Virus record (IMG/VR): IMGVR_UViG_3300021364_000001
Span: 96,001 to 160,000 of that record
DNA length: 64,000 bases
DNA from: a virus
Strand: one strand, 5' to 3'
The notes beneath the pieces are model-generated. The model made no database searches and was not told the DNA's origin. It saw only the letters and a list, made by a program, of their open reading frames with translations. How positions within the stretch are numbered: position 1 is the first letter of the stretch; each line of letters starts with the position of its first letter. Positions 17,636 to 27,330 of this stretch are shown here, one piece after another. The position numbers and the translations under genes are program-made.

Positions 17636-18573
17636 TTGAACTCACACCTCATCATGATTTCTGTCATGAATGCGACAAGGTTGATCTCCTGATCCATGAC
17701 AAAGTTTGCTTTGTACTGGTACTCACCGATCACAAGGACTGCTTCGGGAATACTTGCTGGTTTCAAATATGTATAGAGGGAGTCATAGACCTTTCTCATG
17801 ATTGAATGAGGTTCGTTGTCCATGTTGGCAACCACCCACTTCTTCACCTCAGTGAACTTACGATGCTTCAAGTATTCCATCAGGTCTGACATGGCAATGT
17901 CAGAGGAATTTCCCAGAATACCTGCATCAATGCTACCTTTTGAGGCATAGCGTTGCAGTTCGTTGAGAGTACGACGGAAGTCAGGGAAGTGTTTCAGCAC
18001 CACCTCACGCAGCACTGCCATCTCAAACTCCACACCCTCCTGAGCAAGGATTTGATGCACACGTTTGAAGAATGCAGCACCAAGCAACTGCTTCTCCTTG
18101 CCTCTGACGTTGAACTCGACCACCGAGCAGCGAGAGTGCAGTGGTTGGATGATCTTGTTCTTATAGTTGCAGGTGAAGATGAAGCGACAGGCACCCTGAA
18201 ACTCCTCCACAAACGCCCTGAGGAGCATCTGCACGTCAGGAGTGGTGTTGTCTGCCTCATCGATGATCAGCACCTTGTGCTTCGCCTCAGAGGTCAGAGA
18301 GACGGTGGACACAAAGGACTTAGCACGGTTCCGAACAGTGTCCAGAAAGCGCCCTTCGTCCGATCCGTTGATCACATAGTAGTCAGCACCCAGTTCATTG
18401 CAGAGTGCTTTGGCAATGGTAGTCTTGCCGATGCCAGCAGGACCAGCAAGCAAGAGGTTCGGCAGTTCACCTTGTTCGATGAACCCTTTGAACATCTTGG
18501 TAGTCTCTTCTGGCAGGATACAGTCGTCCACCTTTTGAGGACGATACTTCTCTACCCAAAGAAAGTCATTCAT
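17632..18573 (-). CDS. gp44: Clamp loader large subunit, gp44-like
   Basis: LWVEKYRP, GPAGIGKTT, IIDEAD, PLHSRC, FPDFRR. Confidence 0.97.
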   Translation of the reverse strand: MNDFLWVEKYRPQKVDDCILPEETTKMFKGFIEQGELPNLLLAGPAGIGKTTIAKALCNELGADYYVINGSDEGRFLDTVRNRAKSFVSTVSLTSEAKHKVLIIDEADNTTPDVQMLLRAFVEEFQGACRFIFTCNYKNKIIQPLHSRCSVVEFNVRGKEKQLLGAAFFKRVHQILAQEGVEFEMAVLREVVLKHFPDFRRTLNELQRYASKGSIDAGILGNSSDIAMSDLMEYLKHRKFTEVKKWVVANMDNEPHSIMRKVYDSLYTYLKPASIPEAVLVIGEYQYKANFVMDQEINLVAFMTEIMMRCEFK

Positions 18574-18576
18574 AAT

Positions 18577-18807
18577 CTAGTTGAAGTTATTCAAGTTGTG
18601 CCAAACGGCACCGATGTTCATCTTACCATGGAAATACCCTGCCACAATGACACTGAGGGTGGCGATGATCACACCCAGGAACATTAGGACAGGGGTAAGG
18701 GGACCTCTTTTTGCTTTGCGGCGCTCTTCCACAGGGTCGAAACCCCTGCCTTCGACTACTTTACTCCAAGGAGCGTAGAGTGGTCCATCGTAGTCTTTCT
18801 TATCCAT
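18577..18807 (-). CDS. Small membrane protein
   Basis: One TM segment, VLMFLGVIIATLSVIVAGYF. Confidence 0.75.
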   Translation of the reverse strand: MDKKDYDGPLYAPWSKVVEGRGFDPVEERRKAKRGPLTPVLMFLGVIIATLSVIVAGYFHGKMNIGAVWHNLNNFN

Positions 18808-19544
18808 CAGTATTCGGAGTCGGGTTCCAATGCGAGCATCAGTTCGATGTTCTCAACAGTGTGAGAGGCAGTCTCATTGACGATCCCCACCAGTCTAGCA
18901 ACCTTCTTCTCGAACAGTTCAATGTCGTAACCCTTAGCAGCACGACAAGGTTGTCCGTTGGTCATCAGGATCGACATATTCTCGATCTTCATGCAGAAAC
19001 AGAAGTCCTTGTCTGCCTCACCCAGTTCGATCTCCAAGGAGTTGGAAGTGGCGTTACGCTTGTCGGTCACGATAGCAAAGAGTTTACCTTCTTTACCTTG
19101 GAAGCACAGATCAGGCAGTTGATAGTGCGATGCAGTACCAAAGATCTGGATCAGTTGATCGTTAGACAGTCGGGTGACAACAGCAGGTTCACCGAGAGAG
19201 TTGATGTTCTCAGGTGGGACAGTAATCATACGCTCTTCGGCGTAGTAATACTTCATTCGACTGCCGTTGTTGCTGATCTCAACACGGTTAGTGTTGAACT
19301 CAACCTCAGGGGAGGAAGTGTTGTTACGAGACAAGACCTTGATGGTCTTCATCATGTTACCCAGGTCATAGATGGGTGCTTTGCTCTCAAACTCTACGTC
19401 CTTGAACGTACAGGATCCCAAGATGTTTCTGTTGTTGGAGATAGTCGAGACTTTCTGACCTGGTTTGAACATAATCGAAGGATTGATGTTCATAAACAGA
19501 CTCAGAATCTCCATCTGAGGTTCGGAAAATTTCATACAGGTCAT
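18807..19544 (-). CDS. gp45: Sliding clamp, gp45-like
   Basis: FMNINPSIMFKPG, IYDLG, FCFCMKIENM, C-terminal LALEPDSEY; synteny with gp44. Confidence 0.9.
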   Translation of the reverse strand: MTCMKFSEPQMEILSLFMNINPSIMFKPGQKVSTISNNRNILGSCTFKDVEFESKAPIYDLGNMMKTIKVLSRNNTSSPEVEFNTNRVEISNNGSRMKYYYAEERMITVPPENINSLGEPAVVTRLSNDQLIQIFGTASHYQLPDLCFQGKEGKLFAIVTDKRNATSNSLEIELGEADKDFCFCMKIENMSILMTNGQPCRAAKGYDIELFEKKVARLVGIVNETASHTVENIELMLALEPDSEY

Positions 19545-19828
19545 CGGTTGGGATATTCGTCAGTTGGGGCAGCGTTTTTGTCGTTGAAGTACATCAACAG
19601 TACAGAGTAGTGTAACACCTTCATGATGTCACGTCTAGCAGTACCTTTGCGATCGTAACGGGTAGCATACTTCAAGATGTTGCTTCGACAGAATGCTTCA
19701 CCGTCACCACATGCTTCAATCAGATCCAGAGTTTGGAAACCATCGTTAGAATAGTGCTGATTGTAGGTGGAACTGATGTATTCTTTCAATTCTCTGAGGA
19801 TCTCGTCCTCATTGTACTTGTTGTTCAT
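19541..19828 (-). CDS. DUF3310-like protein
   Basis: YNQHYS...FCRSNILKYATRYDRKG...DIMKVLHY. Confidence 0.75.
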   Translation of the reverse strand: MNNKYNEDEILRELKEYISSTYNQHYSNDGFQTLDLIEACGDGEAFCRSNILKYATRYDRKGTARRDIMKVLHYSVLLMYFNDKNAAPTDEYPNR

Positions 19829-19831
19829 AAT

Positions 19832-20395
19832 TTAACAGAAGCGTTCAAGTGTAGCGGTGTGAAGATCAACTCGTTCAGGGAGTTTGGACAACTGGACGAT
19901 AGCATCGCGTGTAAATGGGTTCTGAACATTGGATTCATCCCACCAATGGACCACTTTGCGAACACCAGAGATAATTGGTTTCACTCGGTGGATGATTCCC
20001 GTAGGATATATGACGGCATACCCTGCGGGAAGTTTAATACTAACACCAAAGTCACCAAATCGCAACTCTAACTCACCACCTTCATAATCAGTTGGGTCAT
20101 TGAGGAAAAGTGTGGTAGATACATCCAATCTCAGACCATCGATGCTAGTAACCTCGTCCTGATGCCAGTCATAATCCTGTCCAGCAGTGTATTTTTTGTA
20201 GGTAAACCCTGTTCTGCCGCTGGATAGTGTTAGATCTGGTTGAAGAGACTCAGCAATCCTTTCGTCTAACCACTCTGGATCAATTCCTTTGTCTTCGTTG
20301 ACATTTTTGAGAGGATTTGTGACCAGAATAGGGTCAACTTGACCCAAGACTCGGGATACACCCGAGTCGTCAAGGATTTGTGTACGATACAGCAT
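19832..20395 (-). CDS. PKHD/PiuC-type 2OG-Fe(II) hydroxylase
   Basis: YDWHQD, TLFLNDPTDYEGGEL, YPTGIIHRVKPIISGVRK. Confidence 0.87.
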   Translation of the reverse strand: MLYRTQILDDSGVSRVLGQVDPILVTNPLKNVNEDKGIDPEWLDERIAESLQPDLTLSSGRTGFTYKKYTAGQDYDWHQDEVTSIDGLRLDVSTTLFLNDPTDYEGGELELRFGDFGVSIKLPAGYAVIYPTGIIHRVKPIISGVRKVVHWWDESNVQNPFTRDAIVQLSKLPERVDLHTATLERFC

Positions 20396-21486
20396 CAGTC
20401 TTGGAGCAGAGGGGATTCATCAAGGTCAATCTTAGCATCAATCTTGCTGTAAAGTTCAAGGAATGATGCTTTGGTCTCGTCATCGAAGCGATTCAGGCAC
20501 AGTTTGATCGCTTTCAGACGGTTGTTGAAGATAGCGAAGGCACGGATGACGTGGACCAGGCGACGGGTGCTGATAACCTCGTCACAACCACCCTCAGCGA
20601 AGGTTTTTCGGATGATTTCTGCCCAAGTAGTGAGGTTGGAGATGAATTCATCGTCGCAGCAGTTGAGTTCCTTGCAGTAGTTGTTGAGCATCTTGGTCTC
20701 GATGCTAGCAGTGGGGTACTCTTGCTCGAAAGTGAGGGGAAAACGCTCCAAGAATGCCTCATTGAGCACGTTTGTGCCGATGAAACGACCATCATCGCTA
20801 CCCTTACCCTTGGTATTGGCAGTAGCGACCACAGTGAACCCAGGTGCAGGGTTGATAGTGACACCAGTCTTCTTCAAGTAGACCCCTTTGCCTTCAAGAA
20901 TGGACTGCAAGCAGAGGATTTTGTTACTAGCAAGGTCGATCTCATCGAGAAGAAGCACTGCACCACGTTGGAGTGCCTCAATGACGGGACCATTGTGCCA
21001 AACAGTGTTACCGTCCACAAGGCGGAAACCACCAATAAGGTCATCTTCATCAGTTTCTACCGTAATGTTGACACGAATCAGTTCACGACCGAGTTGGGCA
21101 CATGCCTGCTCGACACCGAAGGTCTTACCGTTGCCAGACAGACCCGTGATGAACACAGGGTAGAAGATACCAGACTTGATGATCTTCTTAACATCGGTGA
21201 AGTTACCAAATGGAACGTAGTTTTTGTCTTTGGAAGGGATCAAGGTTGATACTTCAACGGCAGGTTGGGCAGAAGGGGCGGAGAAAGTCTTCTCGATCTC
21301 TTGTGCAGTCAGGCACCACTTGCCACGACCAGTCTTGTACTGGTCAAGACGCTTGCAGACGGTGGGATAGGAGACACCGAAGTGGTCAGAAGCGGCAAGA
21401 ACTTGCTCAGTCTTGACATCAGAACCGTAGGTTTCGGTGAGGAAGGAAACGATTTGAGTGGTGGTGAGGTCGGACTTGGCAGGCAT
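20395..21486 (-). CDS. cobS: CobS-like/MoxR AAA+ ATPase
   Basis: GLSGNGKT, LLLDEID, TANTKGKG, LNEAFLERF, ISTRRL. Confidence 0.92.
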   Translation of the reverse strand: MPAKSDLTTTQIVSFLTETYGSDVKTEQVLAASDHFGVSYPTVCKRLDQYKTGRGKWCLTAQEIEKTFSAPSAQPAVEVSTLIPSKDKNYVPFGNFTDVKKIIKSGIFYPVFITGLSGNGKTFGVEQACAQLGRELIRVNITVETDEDDLIGGFRLVDGNTVWHNGPVIEALQRGAVLLLDEIDLASNKILCLQSILEGKGVYLKKTGVTINPAPGFTVVATANTKGKGSDDGRFIGTNVLNEAFLERFPLTFEQEYPTASIETKMLNNYCKELNCCDDEFISNLTTWAEIIRKTFAEGGCDEVISTRRLVHVIRAFAIFNNRLKAIKLCLNRFDDETKASFLELYSKIDAKIDLDESPLLQD

Positions 21487-21521
21487 TGGTGTGTCTCTCG
21501 ATTACCTAGTAATCATACAAG

Positions 21522-21545
21522 AAAAAAGGGGGTCCGAAGACCCCC
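21522..21545 (-). terminator. C(UUCG)G hairpin with a U-tract, lying inside a putative promoter spacer
   Basis: GGGGGTC-TTCG-GACCCCC-TTTTTT on the minus strand. Confidence 0.8.
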
Positions 21546-21553
21546 TGTGGACA

Positions 21554-23731
21554 CTATGCGATCTGTCCCGCGAACGATGAGAGCATCCTTCGATTGACAG
21601 ACTTAGACTTCAAGGACTTCCTGAATGCTGACTTGATCTGAGTCTTGGTTGCATCATCAGCAACCTCCATTTCAGTGTCAGAACTGTACGAATTGGACTT
21701 CAAGACATACAGTTCAGTGTAAGGACTGTTGTGAACGATAGTAGACTTGTTCTTGCTAAAATCTTTGGAGTATTTATCAGTGTCCCAGATACCCAGGACA
21801 TGCAGATAGTGGACCATAGAACGATTCTGGCAGATACGGAACCCAAGAACACTACACTGAGGGTATGCAGAACGGAGGATCTTCAACAGACCAGCAGTAG
21901 CAGAGGAGTTAGCATTCTCGATGCCAGTGTGGTAGCGACCATTGTCACGAACAACAGTGTTGTAGGGCAGTGTGGAGATGTAAGGACGGTCAAAGTAAGG
22001 AGAATCCTCAGGAGACTTGGTATATCCAAGGCACTGAGACTCACCGTCAGTCAGGACCAGTAGATGGGTCTTTTCAACACCCTGCTTACGCTGCCACTCA
22101 CCAAGATACTGACGCATAACCACGAGAGCATCATTCAGAGGAGTGCCACCGAGACCCATGAAGTGAGGAGGAGCAGGACGGAAGTTGTAGAAACTCTGGG
22201 GTTTCCAGTAGTTTGCAACACGATAGAGGTACTTACACTGACGCTTGAAATTCTTGTTATTACCTTCGCTGGACAGCAGGTTTACAAGTTTGAAACGCTT
22301 GTCCAACCAGAACTCACCGTCGTTGCGAGTCTGAGGATCAGGAAGATCCTTCCACTCAGTGTCAGGTTCAAGACCGAAGAAGCGATTCTGCTGATGATCG
22401 GTGACAAAAGAGTACACATCGAAGGGGACACCAACTTTCTTACAGAATTGAGCAAGGTTGATGACCTGACATACTGTCTCGAAGATCTCCTGTGCCATAG
22501 AACCAGACCAGTCAAGCAGGAAAAGCATACCGTGGTTCTTACCATCAGGAGTACGAGTCACCTTTTTGAAGATATCATCGTTGAACTTGTAAGTATGCAG
22601 TTTGCCGAGGTCAAGAACACCAGTACGAGAGGTGGTAGACCGTGCATAAGCAGAAGCAGACTTCTTACATTCAAACTCCTTGACCAGGTAGTTCACATCC
22701 TTAGCAGTGTTGTTGCAGAACTGGGTGAAGTCAGCATCAACAGCGGCAAAAGGAGACTCATGATCAGAGTAGTATTCGTCCCACCACACCTCTGCTGCAT
22801 CCCACAGAGCAGCGTTGGGGGTGATGATCTTACTCATGTCAAACTTGGGGAAAGAGACATAAGTGGGAGGAAGGGCACCCTTGTTGATCAGAGACTGTGC
22901 CTTGGTATCAAAGTTGTCCTGAGTTGCAACGTTGTCAATGTCGGGTTCAGCATAGTCATAGGACGGAGTTTCCAGATCAGCGTCATCTTTGTCGAAGTTA
23001 CGCTCAGAACGGTGGTCTTCCTCAGGGTCACTGTCAGTGAACCAGGGGCGTGGTTCTTCACCTTCACCAGATGCTTCGTTCTGTTGCTCACGTTCCTGTG
23101 CTTTGTCAAGCATCTCTTCGTGAGTCATGCCAGAAGATTGTTGGTTACCCTGAGGTGACGGGGTGACAGACTTCTGCTTCTCTTGCTGCTGCTTGGCATA
23201 TTCGTAAATAGCAACAGCAGCGGCAATCGCTTCTTCAAACGTCTCAGCAGCGCCCACAGCGTCACGCAGAGGGGTCTCAGCGTCATTAAAAGGCAGCATT
23301 GCATAGGCACCGATCTTGAAGTGGAGGTTGATACGATCGATGAGAGTCATCTTGCTCAGGTCTTCGTCCTTGATGCAGAAGAAATCCTGATCATTGAGTT
23401 GCTGATACCCAGAATAGAAGTCCTTGGTCAGACCAGGATACTTACGCTTCATCAGTTTCTCGATACGAGCATCCTCAGTCACATTGATATATGCCTTCGG
23501 GCAAGGAGGATTGTCAAGGGTGTCATCGTTAGGGGTGAACAGGGCATGACCGACCTCATGACCGACCAGCATGGTGTACACCGTGTTGCTTGCACGTTCC
23601 CACAGAGGGAGAGTCAGGACACGCTTCTCAACATCGAAGGAAGCAGTGGAGACTTGCTTGTGCTGCACCAGCAGGTTTTCGGTAGCAAGCAGTCGTGCGA
23701 GGTTGCCTTTGATCTCTTGGGTGTTGTACAT
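21554..23731 (-). CDS. VWA-domain protein with an N-terminal HExxH motif (CobT-like partner)
   Basis: GHEVGH; MIDAS-like LLDWSGSM...GGTPL...LTDGES. Start at MYNTQEIK (23731). Confidence 0.88.
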   Translation of the reverse strand: MYNTQEIKGNLARLLATENLLVQHKQVSTASFDVEKRVLTLPLWERASNTVYTMLVGHEVGHALFTPNDDTLDNPPCPKAYINVTEDARIEKLMKRKYPGLTKDFYSGYQQLNDQDFFCIKDEDLSKMTLIDRINLHFKIGAYAMLPFNDAETPLRDAVGAAETFEEAIAAAVAIYEYAKQQQEKQKSVTPSPQGNQQSSGMTHEEMLDKAQEREQQNEASGEGEEPRPWFTDSDPEEDHRSERNFDKDDADLETPSYDYAEPDIDNVATQDNFDTKAQSLINKGALPPTYVSFPKFDMSKIITPNAALWDAAEVWWDEYYSDHESPFAAVDADFTQFCNNTAKDVNYLVKEFECKKSASAYARSTTSRTGVLDLGKLHTYKFNDDIFKKVTRTPDGKNHGMLFLLDWSGSMAQEIFETVCQVINLAQFCKKVGVPFDVYSFVTDHQQNRFFGLEPDTEWKDLPDPQTRNDGEFWLDKRFKLVNLLSSEGNNKNFKRQCKYLYRVANYWKPQSFYNFRPAPPHFMGLGGTPLNDALVVMRQYLGEWQRKQGVEKTHLLVLTDGESQCLGYTKSPEDSPYFDRPYISTLPYNTVVRDNGRYHTGIENANSSATAGLLKILRSAYPQCSVLGFRICQNRSMVHYLHVLGIWDTDKYSKDFSKNKSTIVHNSPYTELYVLKSNSYSSDTEMEVADDATKTQIKSAFRKSLKSKSVNRRMLSSFAGQIA

Positions 23732-23753
23732 CGGTTCTCGTCTGTATGAATAC

Positions 23754-23794
23754 AGTATAAGACCCCATGGGAGATCTCCCACAGGGTCTGTGAC
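23754..23794 (-). promoter_or_regulatory. Putative early/middle promoter with an internal 28-bp imperfect palindrome
   Basis: GTCACA-N29-TATACT; palindrome at 23761-23788. Confidence 0.5.
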
Positions 23795-23796
23795 GC

Positions 23797-24156
23797 TTAT
23801 TCAGGTGTCCCTTGCGGGTCTTCGTCCAACGGTCTTATGAACTGGGAAGCAACCATGTCTGTTGCTTGCAAGTAATCATACATATACCTGACTGCTGAGT
23901 CTGGCATCGTGTGGTTCCCGCAAGTAAACACATCACAGACTGCCATGTTCTTCTCTGGCCAAGTGTGAATGCTGATATGTGACTCTGCTAGGAGTGCGAC
24001 AGCAGTAACACCGAGTGGAGAGAACTTGTGACTGGTAATGTCTAGCAAGGTTGCTTGTGACATTACCGCTGCATTCACCAGACAGTTTCTAATATCTGCT
24101 TCATCGTCCAGTTTATAGAGTGGACAACCTTTGAGTGTGAAGAGTATGTGTTTCAT
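23797..24156 (-). CDS. speD: Pyruvoyl-dependent decarboxylase proenzyme, SpeD/AdoMetDC family
   Basis: GVTAVALLAESHISIHTWPE (E-S cleavage site), CDVFTCG. Confidence 0.92.
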   Translation of the reverse strand: MKHILFTLKGCPLYKLDDEADIRNCLVNAAVMSQATLLDITSHKFSPLGVTAVALLAESHISIHTWPEKNMAVCDVFTCGNHTMPDSAVRYMYDYLQATDMVASQFIRPLDEDPQGTPE

Positions 24157-25868
24157 CCCTGTATAGATGCCATGGTGGAAAAGTCTCCGTCTTTCGAGAA
24201 CTCTACGATACGCTCAAACTTATCGTAGAGTACGTCACCCTTATGTGAGATCACAAAGAGGTTAGTCTTTTCCCCCAGACCCTTCAATATCCTCATCAGT
24301 TCGTCAGTAGCAGACTGATCGAGCGACGAGTCAAACACTTCATCAAGTAGAAGAAGGTTGGTTGACACACTGTTTTTAAGTTTGGCGACTTCACGCCAGG
24401 TGAACAGCAGTGCCAGGTCGATCTTTTGTTTCTCACCCTCAGAGAACGAAGCATAAGAGAAGTCGTCTCTGAAACGAGAAAGGATCTTCTCGTTGAAGTT
24501 ATCATCAAGCGTGAAATTCACATAGAAATCCATGCTTTGAAGATATTTATTGATACGCTGGTTGATAACAGGAATGAACTTAGAAATAATCTTAGTCTTG
24601 ATCCCGCCGTCTTTGAGCAGACCAGCGACAACTTTGAGATGATCCGTCTGCTTGTTTATATTAGAGCATGATTTCTGTTTGCTGTCAAGTAGTCCTTGCA
24701 TCTCAACCAGTTCTTGCTTTTCTTTCTCCAAAGAAGCAGAGTCACTACCCACATCAGTCATGATCTGTGTGTTCTCTTTCAAGAGACGCAGTTGTTCTTT
24801 GGTGAGAGACTGAATCTCGTACCTCATGTTATTGATCTTCGATGCTTTGTCACGAAGTTCTTTAACTTGCTTAGCAAATGTGGTGATGTTACCAAGAATC
24901 TTGGACTGTGCATCATGCAGTTCAACACATTTCTGATTGAGTTCCGCTTGCTTATCGATACGAAACTCTCTGTCGATATCTTGGGTGCATACAGGACAGG
25001 TTTTGTGCTCTACAAAGAAGTCATAGTCTTTCTTAGACTGCTCATACTTGTGATGCAGTTTAGACTTCATGTCCTTGAACTTCTCATGCTTTTCGACCAT
25101 GACATCCAGTTGTAGGATTTCTGGTTCCATAGCATTTACATCCTTCTCGATGAGTTTGATCTTCTCACCAATCTCCATCACACGATTTTCATTCTTGACA
25201 AAGCGTTCTTGCTTGTCTTCTACGTGCTTGGCATCAACTTCTTCCAGGTTCTGAATGTTACGAACCTGCATATCAACTTTCTGCTGTGCAAGTTCTAGTT
25301 CGTACTCACACTGGCGTTGCTCATCCTTTGCATCTTTGATCCTCTCTTTGAGGATACCATTCATTTGTGAGAAGATCTGGATATCAAGGAGGTCTTCGAT
25401 AACTTCTCTTCGATGAGCAGCAGGTAGTTGCATGAAAGGCACAAAAGTGCTACTCCCGAGAATAACAACCTGAGTGAAAGACTTGAAGTTAAGTTTGAGA
25501 ATGCTTTGTTCAAGATGTTTCTGGTAGTCCTTGTTAGCAGCGTTCTGATCAACCAGTTCATTATTACGGTAGATCTCAAACACGCTGGGTTTGATACCAC
25601 GAACTATTTTATAATCGACGGTGCCAATTTTGAACTCCACCTCCACCAGAAGTTCACGTTCATTAACACTATTGATCAGTTGTGGTTTGTTGATCTTGCG
25701 AAACGGTTTGTTGAACAAGACAAAACAAAGCGCGTCAAGAATGGTACTCTTGCCCGCGCCGTTATTTCCTACGATCAATGTAGTGGGTGACTCAGTGAGA
25801 TCGACTTCGGTGAACTGCTGTCCAGTAGACAGAAAGTTCTTCCATCGGATCTTCTCAAATGTGATCAT
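24153..25868 (-). CDS. gp46: Recombination endonuclease ATPase subunit, gp46-like
   Basis: GNNGAGKST, CPVC hook, FSEGEK signature, LLDEVFD, VISH. Confidence 0.97.
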   Translation of the reverse strand: MITFEKIRWKNFLSTGQQFTEVDLTESPTTLIVGNNGAGKSTILDALCFVLFNKPFRKINKPQLINSVNERELLVEVEFKIGTVDYKIVRGIKPSVFEIYRNNELVDQNAANKDYQKHLEQSILKLNFKSFTQVVILGSSTFVPFMQLPAAHRREVIEDLLDIQIFSQMNGILKERIKDAKDEQRQCEYELELAQQKVDMQVRNIQNLEEVDAKHVEDKQERFVKNENRVMEIGEKIKLIEKDVNAMEPEILQLDVMVEKHEKFKDMKSKLHHKYEQSKKDYDFFVEHKTCPVCTQDIDREFRIDKQAELNQKCVELHDAQSKILGNITTFAKQVKELRDKASKINNMRYEIQSLTKEQLRLLKENTQIMTDVGSDSASLEKEKQELVEMQGLLDSKQKSCSNINKQTDHLKVVAGLLKDGGIKTKIISKFIPVINQRINKYLQSMDFYVNFTLDDNFNEKILSRFRDDFSYASFSEGEKQKIDLALLFTWREVAKLKNSVSTNLLLLDEVFDSSLDQSATDELMRILKGLGEKTNLFVISHKGDVLYDKFERIVEFSKDGDFSTMASIQG

Positions 25869-25869
25869 G

Positions 25870-26133
25870 CTAATCGGTATCTCGTGGAGGGAATACTATG
25901 TCGTTTGGTGTGATGACAGTGTAGTTGTAACCATACTGAGTACAGTTCTCTTTGACAATCTCTTCTTCGACTTCCATGACTTCTAACACACGTTTGTAGT
26001 CGTCTGCCATCAGGTAACCGTGATACCGCTCGGCATCATCTTCTTGTTCAAAGATCTGAACTACCCTTTCATCGATAGTGTCATCCCGAACAGCATACAC
26101 GCCACCTGATTTCTTGTCAACTAGAACGTACAT
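25870..26133 (-). CDS. Hypothetical protein (87 aa)
   Basis: ORF track; sits between gp47 and gp46. Confidence 0.8.
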   Translation of the reverse strand: MYVLVDKKSGGVYAVRDDTIDERVVQIFEQEDDAERYHGYLMADDYKRVLEVMEVEEEIVKENCTQYGYNYTVITPNDIVFPPRDTD

Positions 26134-27161
26134 TATAGTCTTAGTGCCTCTACATACAAGGATTTGAGTATACCAAATACCTCTTCCTTATTGTCGATCT
26201 CTTTGACACAGTTTTGAAGAATGCTCAGTGTGTCCTCTTGTTCTAGATCCTCATCAACGTCATCAAGATGCACGAATGTATCTTCAATGATCTTCAAGTC
26301 AACAATACCTGAATCGTTGATTTGTTTGAGGGTCTTGTCAAACAGAACTTGGTCCTGTTTTTTCTCGACAATGAGTTTAACGTAACTACCTTCCAGTGAG
26401 TTGTAATCAATGGTGGCAGTTTCGGAATCCCGATAGTAGATCTTGTGGAACATACTGTTAGGATTCTTTACAAACGTGAGTTTCTTGGTATCAGTATTTA
26501 GTACATTGAACCCACGATCGCAACCGTAATCATTCCAGAACATTTGGTACGGATTACCCAAATAAACCACGTTACCTTTCTTAGATCTGTGGTGGAAATG
26601 ACCACTACATACTAGATCAAACTTGGAGAACATACTTGGATCATCCCCATGTTCCATGGTGTATCCAGGAATAGGTTCAAAAGAATTAAGTTCAAGATGG
26701 CCAAGACAGATAGGCGAATTACTGCTTGCAATCGCATCGAGTGCTCTTCTTCTATTGTCATCACATATCCAAGGCAGAAGAAGTATACTAGTACCACCAA
26801 TAGATAGTTCCCTAGGATTATCCACGACAGTGATGTTGTCATAATCCCCGAGCAAAAGTTGGGGACTATTAATTCTGAGAGTATTCTTGTAGTAGATGTC
26901 ATGGTTCCCCACGAGCATGTGCATTTTCACATCACGCTCGCGTAAAGGATCAAACCACATTGCTTTCGCTGCATCCAGCGAGTTGTAGTTGATACCTTTC
27001 CTTCTGTCGAACGTATCTCCCAAAGCGATCACATTAGTGATCTTATGCTTATCTATGTAAGGGAGTACGGTTTTAGAGTAGAACTTTTGATACTTGTTAA
27101 CATATGCCTGACTGTCGTTTCGAGCACCGAAATGCTGGTCAGTTATTAGAAGTATCTTCAT
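26133..27161 (-). CDS. gp47: Recombination endonuclease nuclease subunit, gp47-like
   Basis: ITDQHFG, LGDTFD, VGNHD, GHLE, SGHFH. Confidence 0.96.
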   Translation of the reverse strand: MKILLITDQHFGARNDSQAYVNKYQKFYSKTVLPYIDKHKITNVIALGDTFDRRKGINYNSLDAAKAMWFDPLRERDVKMHMLVGNHDIYYKNTLRINSPQLLLGDYDNITVVDNPRELSIGGTSILLLPWICDDNRRRALDAIASSNSPICLGHLELNSFEPIPGYTMEHGDDPSMFSKFDLVCSGHFHHRSKKGNVVYLGNPYQMFWNDYGCDRGFNVLNTDTKKLTFVKNPNSMFHKIYYRDSETATIDYNSLEGSYVKLIVEKKQDQVLFDKTLKQINDSGIVDLKIIEDTFVHLDDVDEDLEQEDTLSILQNCVKEIDNKEEVFGILKSLYVEALRL

Positions 27162-27330
27162 ACTCAATCACAAGTTTCTTGTACTGTTTGCCTGCACTGG
27201 TGACACAAGTCTGGGTGTATGTTACACCACCCAGAATGCTAGTCAGTTCTGCAATCAATTCTCTGGTGCGGTCTTCGGCAGTGCCACCCCGCCAATAGTT
27301 CTCCATGTAGTTGTCTGACATGTGTGCCAT
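27139..27330 (-). CDS. Hypothetical protein (63 aa)
   Basis: ORF track; abuts the gp55 stop. Confidence 0.7.
   Translation of the reverse strand: MAHMSDNYMENYWRGGTAEDRTRELIAELTSILGGVTYTQTCVTSAGKQYKKLVIEYEDTSNN

Noticed and set aside
20395-21486. Cobalamin biosynthesis inferred from cobS
   Set aside because: This is a MoxR-type ATPase with a VWA partner; no other cob genes are present.
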